Positions 53,221 to 64,000 of a stretch of DNA of 64,000 nt are shown here, piece by piece. The translations under genes were made by a program, and so were the position numbers. Under the pieces are notes generated by a model that saw nothing but the letters and a program-made list of their open reading frames with translations, was not told the origin of the DNA and made no database searches. The first letter of the stretch is position 1. Each line of letters starts with the position of its first letter. The stretch is from Macrostomum lignano (taxonomy: Eukaryota): assembly GCA_002269645.1 (NCBI GenBank), contig NIVC01003664.1:1-64000 (forward strand), read 5' to 3'.

Positions 53221-54763
53221 TTATTGTCTGTGTGTTTACTTGGACCTTTCGTCAGTATTTTTCCATGGACGACCCGTTTTAACTGGACCCCTTACGTGGA
53301 CCACCATATATATTTCTACATGAAAGGTTAAAGATGTTTTACATAGACCTATGATGGAGTCTACCAGAAAACGATCGTGGTCCCTAAAGTTGCTCACTCG
53401 AAGTTCTTTTGGTTCCAAGTTACAACGGTTTCAGTTTACCTGGACCTTTTACTCGGTCCACCTAAACCGATTTTCGAGGTCCACGTAAATCGAAATTTCA
53501 CATGACCCATTTTCAAAAACTGTCTGTTTGGTGTTTGTTTTGTGTCTGTTAGGTAAATTGGTAGCTGAGGCGGAAGGCCTTTTAGTTTCAATAGATGGAA
53601 TGGCAGCGAAGATCTTGCGCTGCTTTGCGCGTATATTTATATTACAAACAGCGCGAGATTATTGAGGGGCCTAGGGAGGTGCGCACATGTGGCGTGGCGT
53701 GATTGGCTACGCAAACCCTCCTTCCTGGCTTAGCGAGCCGGCTGGCGCGGTGCGCCACCACCCCACCTCAGCTAGACAGAGGTTGGCGGGGGGGGGGGTT
53801 TCCAGTGCGGCTGCACTGGTGCTGCCGGTCGCGTAGTCTGGCCGCCACATAGCTAAATTTGTCGATTTGCTGTAATCGTGAAAGCGTTGTTTTGCGAAAA
53901 AATAACAAATTTTGTAAGCAACAATATGTATAATGGATTTGGGGCTTGGACGACAGACGGAACTATTATATGCTATTAATTTCGAAACAATTTTTATAAA
54001 AAATCACGATATTGCATCACAGCATTGAGTCTCCTCTCCACCTTGAGCTACTAAAAATTCTTCTAAGATCGCAATTGTAAGTGATGCAACTGGCCACCTG
54101 TGCTGCAGGGAATGATGTATTTACACAATCACACACTATGAAGTAATGATTGATAACAGGCTGTTTCGTACGAGCTATATACCTGTATCTTATTATGTCA
54201 AAGCCAAAACGAAAGCCATATTTGTATCGCTATCTTTGAAAGTCGTAGCTTATCCGAACATTTAAGTGCCTTTAACCAAATTCATTGGACGGAAAATCCA
54301 GAGTACATCGTGTGATTGGACTAAGTGAGCCGCTCTTATGCTTAAAGGAGCCTCACACTCCTTGAAAGATAGCGGCCTCCAGTGGTTCCCCTAAAACGAT
54401 GTCCTGTAGCACAGACTAATCTCTACCCCCTTATTTTAGCATGACTGCTTGTCTCATTGTACACAGCAATGTACACTAGTTGTTTGCTTTTTATTAAGAC
54501 AGCTGATGTCGGGAGATAAGAATTCTAGAATTTTCTGTTTCAAGACTGTGCAGTGTGAATAGACACTGGCCAACCAGTGGGGTATCTCAATGGGCACTGT
54601 ACATTTGCCAGCCACAGAATCTCGCTAACCAATGTCTAATGAAATTGGCGTGGTGTTGCTTGCCTATAGAAGCCTCGCAATCAGGTCCATTGAAACCCAG
54701 ACCCGTTGCAATATTAGGCCCCGTTGCAATTGCAACTGCAAGTATAGGAAGAATATCCTGTAG

Positions 54764-56085
54764 AAAACGGCCGAAAATATTTTACGTCGAAAGGATTGAG
54801 AAGTGCTGCAAAAAGAAGTTTTTTATAAAGTGGACTGACTATCCCAGGTAAGAAAATTTTCAAAAAAGAATTACCTCTAAATAATAATTTTCCTTAACTT
54901 GTAAAAAATTTAAGGCTTTACTGCTTTTCATTTTTAACATGCTTTGTAGGAGTGAAAACACATGGGAGCCGAAAAAAATATCCCCGAGAACATCGTCAAG
55001 GCTCTGCACTCTGAGTGCGGTAAGCTATACTGTACAGTCAATATCAATAGCAAACAATAGCACATTTGCATCAACAACTTATACAGTATTACATTATTTT
55101 ATACATTTCAGGCAAGTGCTTTCCATCAAGTCAGTAAGTTTTGTTGTAACGTGTTATTAAAATTTTTGATTTTGCGCTTTACTTAAACTATGAACAAATA
55201 TTGTGGACACAATTCTCCTTTATGTTTTTCTTTGATTCGAAATTCCTATAAAGTACAAAATGATTAGCTTTAGATGAACTAAACAGCTGAACTACTACAA
55301 CCACTTTCTTCTACGCTTCATACTTCAAAGTAAACAGTCAGTAATTGATTAGGGTCCAGCTAACACACCGTGACACCAACAGACAGACGCAGTCAGTTTA
55401 AGATGGTGCCCCGATCTGGGGTCCAGCTAACACACCGTGACACCAACAGACAGACGCAGTCAGTTTAAGATGGTGCCCCGATCTGGGGTCCAGCTAACAC
55501 ACCGTGACACCAACAGACAGACGAGTCTAGCAAGCTTAGAAAGGTGTCCGTTTTCGATTGGAGCTTTTGTTCTGTCAGTGATGTACTTTCCTTATGCGCA
55601 CCCAACAGCAGGACTCGGGCAGTATGCCAAAGCAACGTTGCTTGGCCAGTCCTACGTCCAGTTTTCAAGAGAACAACTCTGTTTTTATCGGTGACGATTT
55701 TGCTGAAGCTTTTGACCCAGATGCATTGTCTTTGGACGTCGACTCAGTGGAAATGAGCGAGCTTGATAGTGATCTGCACCCGGCAATGCAAAGTATTGCT
55801 GATACTTATGATGAATACTTTCATGCAGCAAAAGGAAAAGTTGAAGCATCGTGGTGAAGAAGGTTCGAATGATGTGGATGAAGATGATGATTCTGAAGTC
55901 ATTTGGGAAGAATGTGAGGAATACGATCTTCTTCGGCGTCACGCTCGAGTATCTCCTGATAAAAAGAAGCACAGCTGTTTATTTTGTGGCGAACTTTTTT
56001 CGAAGCTGCCTCGCCATCTGATTAGTAGGCATTTAAATGAACTGGAAGTCCAGGAAGCTAAATCGCATCCTAAGAACTCTAAAGG
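54764..56085 (+). pseudogene. disrupted spliced ORF: chromodomain + acidic linker + C2H2-like (C-x2-C..RHL..H) module, probably transposon-derived
   Basis: Exons ~54764-54847, 54950-55019, 55112-55133, ~55579-56085. Chromodomain FYVERIEK..FFIKWTDYPR|SENTWEP(K)KNIPENIV (needs +1 in the A-run at 54972-78). KKHSCLFCGELFSKLPRHLISRHLNELEVQEAKSHPKNSK. Further frameshifts in the last exon. Confidence 0.7.
55353..55523 (+). repeat. 67-bp direct repeat x2.6 starting GGTCCAGCTAAC and containing ACAGACAGAC
   Basis: Units at 55353, 55420, 55487. Confidence 0.92.
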
Positions 56086-57014
56086 CAAGCAGTTTTTTAC
56101 CATTTTTGTGAGACATTAACAATGTTTTTTCAAGATTTTTGAGAAAGAAAATGATACATTGGTGACGACATCGTGAACGTTTTTCGCTATTATATTTGCT
56201 AAATTTTTATTTGCTATTTATGTCTGTTGCTAGTGTGCGTTCCCAGTGTGTTTTTTTCTATTTGTGCCATTGTTAAAGTCCTCGGCAAATGATTTTATTC
56301 GCTAGGCTGCAGATTTGGATTATCTAGTCCCACAACTCCAAATTCGAATTAAAACTTAGTGCCGCTACTTTGTAGGGATCAGTTAGACAAATAGTTGTGT
56401 GGTTAAACCGTGTCTGTTGCAAGTGTGCGTTCCCAGTGTGTTTTTAGCAGTTTTTTGTATCAACTATTTAAATGGCTTATACAAAATTGTATTAATTGAA
56501 AAAATGAAAAACGGCAGAAATAAATTGCAACGTTTTGCGTTTCTTTAAAATTTTTCCCTTATGTTAAATCGATTATTTACAATCGCGTCCGTCTGTCTTT
56601 AACCTTAGCTGTCAGTGTTAGTAGTAGAGAAAACTCAAAATCAACATTTTTGTTTCTTAGACTTTTGCCAATGCATTTCGACCACAATCGGTCATCTTCA
56701 GGGCAGACACGTCAATTAATCACACAGAACCATGTTATAAAAATACTTTATTTTAAGAAATGAAAACTGTAAAATGTCATGTGCAAATCAATTTCAGTCC
56801 AGTCTCGTTAACAAGAGAAAGAAAACCTGAATAAAGTTCAACGAGACTGCCAACCTAGCTAAAACACATTTGAGCTGGCGGCTTGCACCCCCATGGCTAA
56901 CTGGCTGTTCAAATTTGGTTTCTGAGCCTTGATGTACATCGCCTCCAGAATGTTCAATTTGTTTTCTCTGCTACAGGAATCGATAACTTTATCGAAAGCA
57001 TACAAAAGACCCCA

Positions 57015-57207
57015 GAATATTAGTCATAGATCAGACCATATATGGAAAGTCTGCAATCAAAACGCATGTTAAGCATGTCCGCTTTTCTCACCAGAAAATT
57101 TATTACAATCGTTAAATAAAACAAAATTGATGCTTTTCCACTGTCCGGAAATGAAAAATTTCTGAAAATTATTAAATTTCTGCAGCTTTGAACCAATTCT
57201 AATGAAC
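57015..57207 (+). repeat. second copy of the ~190-bp flank
   Basis: Matches 51992-52184. Confidence 0.92.
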
Positions 57208-58112
<905 letters not shown>

Positions 58113-59844
58113 TACTGTCTGTGTGTTTACGTGGACTTTTTGGAAGTTCAGTAGCCTCGTTAGCTGGACCAACCGGTGTAGGTAGACCACTTAGGTGGAC
58201 CACCAAATAATTTTGTCTCTGGTGGGGTTAAGACGTTGATGAGGATCTCACATTAATGTCAGGCGGGTCAAGAAAGGCTTAAGCAATTTTGGGATGTCTA
58301 GCATGGATTTTTCCAAAGTTATTTGCATTTCAGTTTAGCTGGACCTCCAGCCTGGTCTACCTAAACCGAGCGAGTCTGGTCCACGTAAACCGAAAAATTT
58401 TAGAAAATTTTTCGAAAATCGTCTGTTTGTGTCTGTTTGTGTCTGTTTGTGTATAGCAGTTATTAAGCATAGATTAAATGCAAAACTGAATTTTTTACAG
58501 ATCATTACCTTACGAACAAAGGGCTATGTTGGCATCATATTATGACCGCTACTGGCTTTAAAACAATATGCGTTCAGTTCTTTGACATTCAAGTAGGTAC
58601 GCAGGTTAATTAAAAATTCTGAAACCTCGTATGCGAAATGAATTTGATACAGTAAACTTTAAACTCCATTTAATTAGCTCAGTTCCAGCAATTCCGGTAT
58701 CGTACTCTGAGCACAGACTCACAGAGTAAGACACCAACGTAAAGAAATCCAATTCGCTAACCAGATCAAACGATAAAGACTCCGAGACAAGAAAGATATT
58801 TAAGTGAAGCTTAAATAGTATTCTTCAATGACTTCTCAAGAACTCCCAGTGGTCCTTGATAGCCACACTGTGTAAATGCGAATTTCTGAGGCTCTACCAT
58901 TACACAAGAAGAAAATAGCAACTTCATGAATTAAGTGCTTGCCAATTCTATCCTAAACACTATGGGATATCCTGTTCTATCCTCCTCCAATTTTGGAAGA
59001 AGAAGATCCTAAGCTGCAGCCTTTCAAGTGCAAAGTTGAAGATGCAATTTACCTAATTGAAAAGGACAATTCATACATGTACATGCAAAAGATTTGATCA
59101 AGAGGACGCAATTAAGAAGGGCCTTTTAACTAGCGATCGGGTCTCTGACTCTCTAGCAAAAGGTCGACTTGATTGCGGTCCCAGTAAAACTAAGAACGCA
59201 TTAACAGTCAGCCTAACACTCACTGTCTGTTTGGTCCACGTAAACACATTTGCAGGAGTATAGGGTTGGAACAGACAGACAGACAGACCTCCCTTTCTAT
59301 AATTGGCTGGTTAACACTTAGGAGGATAGATCCACCCCAACAATGGGACCGACCGCAGCCAATAGGAAACCCGCAAGCGTTCTGAAGGTAAGACAGTGGA
59401 GAGAGGGATATATAATGTCTAAGCGGCTGGTCCACGTAAACCATGGCGTAGTGAGACCAGACACAGACAGTTTAAAAGAAAGTACTTATAATCCATACTA
59501 TACAACTCTAAAGGATTGCAATTGTATAGATTAGAACGGTTTTTTATACTTAATAGGTCTAATGTTAATCCTTACTCCAAGTTTCATCCATATATAAATT
59601 TATTGTGCCAAAAACTGTAATCTACAACCAAGATATGATGACCCGCAAAAAAGGACGCCAAGCCTAAAATAAAAACTAAAAAAACACCGTCGCAAAAAGC
59701 CACTGCGAAATCGAAGAAGCCGCATCGCCTGGTGAAAATCATCAGTCTGCTCGCAAATCCGTCGACACCGAGTCCAGAAAAGTGAGTTTCGTTTGATGAT
59801 CTCAAAGTAGCTAGCTGCAAGGCCTGCAACTCAATTGCTGTAGA

Positions 59845-62800
59845 GAAGCTGGTCCACCTAACCTACAGACACAACTGAATCAGCTCTCTCAGTCTGTTTG
59901 AGGCTTTGGCTCTCAGAAGGTGGTCCACCTAACCTACAGACACAACTCGAGCAGATTTCTCTGTCTGTTTGAGGCTCTGGCTCTCAGAGCCGCCGAGAAA
60001 GTTTAGTGCCGAGAATGCTTCAGTATGTTAGAATGCAATCAGAACAGATTCCTAGAAAGTGAGCTAGTCCAGCATCAAGGCAGAACATCTGGATGTGTAA
60101 CGAGAGGCTCTCGGAGATTCCTGGCTCAGATTATCGCCTAGAAGTGCTGTAGAATAGCTGGTCCACCTAACCTACAGACACAACTCGAACAGATTTCTCT
60201 GTCTGTTTGAGGCTGTGGCTCTCAGAGCCGCCGAGAAAGTTTAGTGCCGAGAATGCTTCAGTTTTTTAGAATGCAATCAGAACAGATTCCTAGAAAGTGA
60301 GCTAGTCCAGCATCAAGGTAGAACATCTGGATGTGTAACGAGAGGCTCTCGGAGATTCCTGGCTCGGATTATCGCCTAGAAGTGCTTTGGAGTAGCTGGT
60401 CCACCTAACCTACAGACACAACTCGAACAGATTTCTCTGTCTGTTTGAGGCTCTGGCTCTCAGAGCCGCCGAGAAAGTTTAGTGCCGAGAATGCTTCAGT
60501 TTGTTAGAATGCAATCAGAACAGATTCCTAGAAAGTGAGCTAGTCCAGCATCAAGGCAGAACATCTGGATGTGTAACGAAAGTCTCTCGGAGACTCCTGG
60601 CTCAGATTATCGCCTAGAAGTGCTTTGGAGTAGCTGGTCCACCTAACCTACAGACACAACTCGAACAGATTTCTCTGTCTGTTTGAGGCTCTGGCTCTTA
60701 GAGCCGCCGAGAAAGTTTAGTGCCGAGAATGCTTCAGTTTGTTAGAATGCAATCAGAACAGATTCCTAGAAAGTGAGCTAGTCCAGCATCAAGGCAGAAC
60801 ATCTGGATGTGTAACGAAAGTCTCTCGGAGACTCCTGGCTCAGATTATCGCCTAGAAGTGCTGTGGAGTAGCTGGTCCACCTAACCTACAGACACAACTC
60901 GAACAGATTTCTCTGACTGTTTAAGGCTCTGGCTCTTAGAGCCGCCGAGAAAGTTTAGTGCAGAAAATGTTTCAGTTTGTTAGAATGCAATCAGAACAGA
61001 TTCCTAGAAAGTGAGCTAGTCCAGCATCAAGGTAGAACATCTGGATGTGTAACGAGAGGCTCTCGGAGATTCCTGGCTCAGATTATCGCCTAGAAGTGCT
61101 GTGGAGTAGCTGGTCCACCTAACCTACAGACACAACTCGAACAGATTTCTCTGTCTGTTTGAGGCTCTGGCTCTCAGAGCCGCCGAGAAAGTTTAGTGCC
61201 GAGAATGCTTCAGTTTGTTAGAATGCAATCAGAACAGATTCCTAGAAAGTGAGCTAGTCCAGCATCAAGGCAGAACATCTGGATGTGTAACGAGAGGCTC
61301 TCGGAGATTCCTGGCTCAGATTATCGCCAAGAAGTGCTGTAGAATAGCTGGTCCACCTAACCTACAGACACAACTCGAACAGATTTCTCTGTCTGTTTGA
61401 GGCTCTGGCTCTTAGGTGGTCCACATAACCTACAGACACAACTGAAGCAGCTCTCTCAGTCTGTTTGAGGCTTTGGCTCTCAGAAGGTGGTCCACCTAAC
61501 CTACAGACACAACTCGAACAGATTTCTCTGTCTGTTTGAGGCTCTGGCTCTCAGAGCCGCCGAGAAAGTTTAGTGCAGAAAATGCTTCAGTTTGTTAGAA
61601 TGCAATCAGAACAGATTCCTAGAAAGTGAGCTAGTCCAGCATCAAGGCAGAACATCTGGATGTGTAACGAAAGTCTCTCGGAGACTCCTGGCTCAGATTA
61701 TCGCCTAGAAGTGCTTTGGAGTAGCTGGTCCACCTAACCTACAGACACAACTCGAACAGATTTCTCTGTCTGTTTGAGGCTCTGGCTCTCAGAGCCGCCG
61801 AGAAAGTTTAGTGCCGAGAATGCTTCAGTTTGTTAGAATGCAATCAGAACAGATTCCTAGAAAGTGAGCTAGTCCAGCATCAAGGCAGAACATCTGGATG
61901 TGTAACGAGAGGCTCTCGGAGATTCCTGGCTCAGATTATCGCCTAGAAGTGCTTTGGAGTAGCTGGTCCACCTAACCTACAGACACAACTCGAACAGATT
62001 TCTCTGTCTGTTTGAGGCTCTGGCTCTCAGAGCCGCCGAGAAAGTTTAGTGCCGAGAATGCTTCAGTTTGTTAGAATGCAATCAGAACAGATTCCTAGAA
62101 AGTGAGCTAGTCCAGCATCAAGGCAGAACATCTGGATGTGTAACGAGAGGCTCTCGGAGATTCCTGGCTCAGATTATCGCCTAGAAGTGCTGTGGAGTAG
62201 CTGGTCCACCTAACCTACAGACACAACTCGAACAGATTTCTCTGTCTGTTTGAGGCTCTGGCTCTTAGGTGGTCCACATAACCTACAGACACAACTGAAG
62301 CAGCTCTCTCAGTCTGTTTGAGGCTTTGGCTCTCAGAAGGTGGTCCACCTAACCTACAGACACAACTCGAACAGATTTCTCTGTCTGTTTAGGCTCTGGC
62401 TCTTAGAGCCGCCGAGAAAGTTTAGTGCAGAAAATGCTTCAGTTTGTTAGAATGCAATCAGAACAGATTCCTAGAAAGTGAGCTAGTCCAGCATCAAGGC
62501 AGAACATCTGGATGTGTAACGAGAGGCTCTCGGAGATTCCTGGCTCAGATTATCGCCTAGAAGTGCTGTGGAGTAGCTGGTCCACCTAACCTACAGACAC
62601 AACTCGAACAGATTTCTCTGTCTGTTTGAGGCTCTGGCTCTTAGGTGGTCCACATAACCTACAGACACAACTGAAGCAGCTCTCTCAGTCTGTTTGAGGC
62701 TTTGGCTCTCAGAAGGTGGTCCATCTAACCTACAGACACAACTCGAACAGATTTCTCTGTCTGTTTGAGGCTCTGGCTCTTAGGTGGTCCACATAACCTA

Positions 62801-62975
62801 TAGACACAACTGAAGCAGCTCTCTCAGTCTGTTTGAGGCTTTGGCTCTCAGAAGGTGGTTCACCTAACCTACAGACACAACTCGAACAGATTTCTCTGTC
62901 TGTTTGAGGCTCTGGCTCTCAGGTGGTCCACATAACCTACAGTCACAACTGGAACAGATTTCTGTGTCTGTTTGA
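59845..62975 (+). repeat. 238-bp satellite with interspersed ~70-bp sub-units (GGTCCACCTAACCTACAGACACAAC..TGTCTGTTTGAGGC)
   Basis: Unit starts at 60156, 60394, 60632, 60870; short-module runs near 61349-61489 and 62570-62940. Confidence 0.95.
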
Positions 62976-64000
62976 TTGTCAGTTAATTTTATTTTCTACC
63001 TTTGTAGGAGCCTGTGGTTGATTTTGTTCGCCTGAGCTCGACGAGACTGACTGCGTTTCACCGAGATGAAGGTTAAAACGAACTGTAAAAGAAGATTCAA
63101 ACCACTAATTGACGAGAAATATAGAAAGGTTCATCATAGAGCTGAGCTGACGAAAGCGGATTCGATGGCTGAGTAAGCTGAAATTCGTGAGAGAGGCAAT
63201 GACAGATCAATAACAGAAGCGGTCCCGGACCACGGAGGCAGGGAAGGTCCAGGAGAATATTTCGTAGAAAAATAAGAAGATTAAGCCATCATCTGCGTGA
63301 ACGAAAAGATGAAAGTCGGTAAAATGATTGGCTTATCATATGATTGCTCACCAACTCATTCAGTATAATAGGACTGATGTAGTCAAATCAATTTAATTTC
63401 AGTTTTAGTAACTTTTGTCGTTATTAAAAATGCCCTTCAACTTCTTGTAGGCTCGTACTCGGATGACCTTTTTTAACTAATGGAATCTTACGTTTGTTAA
63501 CATGTATTTGAAGCATACATTTTGACCTAAATTAGTTTTAATGAGTTTACAGTTAGTATTTGATATGATTCTGTATTTATTTTCAAAATGCTTTATTTTC
63601 ATTCACCTTCTTGTATTCACGCGACGCAACTAACTAATGCGATCGTACATTTGTTTAACCCGATTAACCCGATTAATAATGCTAAATAAATTGGTTTGAA
63701 CTTGGGATATTTTCATTAAATGACGTCGTAACCCTTTTATCTGTTCTTTTTGAGAATTTCTGTTTTAATTAGTTCAAAAGAACAGTTTAAAGCAATAAAT
63801 TTTCTACAACGAAAGAGGTCTAACTAAACCAACTGTTTTTTTGCGGTCCACCTAACCCGGTCCCCAAAACGTAGTTAGTGAACCACCACAGTTTCCCCGA
63901 ACTGGCTATTCCGTCAAGTTAACAAAAAGATAACCCTAGCTAGCCTTTCGCGTTGTCAAAACAGACTCTATTTTTTAACCGGAATTGCGTGGTCCACGTA

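Noticed and set aside
63240-63330. GEYFVEK(I) resembling a second chromodomain start
   Set aside because: Needs a frameshift and has no following KW..Y/TWEP motif; too short to support.

Overview
This is eukaryotic (metazoan) genomic DNA with GC-rich exons, GT-AG introns and very dense micro- and minisatellites. The style fits a repeat-rich flatworm such as Macrostomum, but that is an inference. I reconstructed five spliced or single-exon genes by hand. (1) A minus-strand DEG/ENaC-family channel (5612 down to ~420, running off the left edge). Its extracellular loop carries two kringle-like domains, with a WSC domain nested inside the first, and it has three single-base frameshifts. (2) A minus-strand 7-EC protocadherin (23960 to 9994). 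(3) A 149-aa single-exon coiled-coil ORF with eight Trp in exact heptad register (34950-35399). (4) An intact 5-exon mitochondrial SSADH/ALDH5A1 (41388 to 36898). (5) A plus-strand FBXO16 orthologue (45945-50249). One FBXO16 intron holds a 926-bp solo LTR (TG..CA, GTTA TSD) whose U5 end carries a tandem array of four tRNA-Leu-like primer-binding-site motifs. The right 12 kb is a mobile-element/satellite zone. It contains a disrupted chromodomain + C2H2-like ORF between two (TCTG)n arrays, a recurrent GGTCCACSTAA motif and a 238-bp satellite built from that motif. Most long ORFs in the supplied track are tandem-repeat artefacts.
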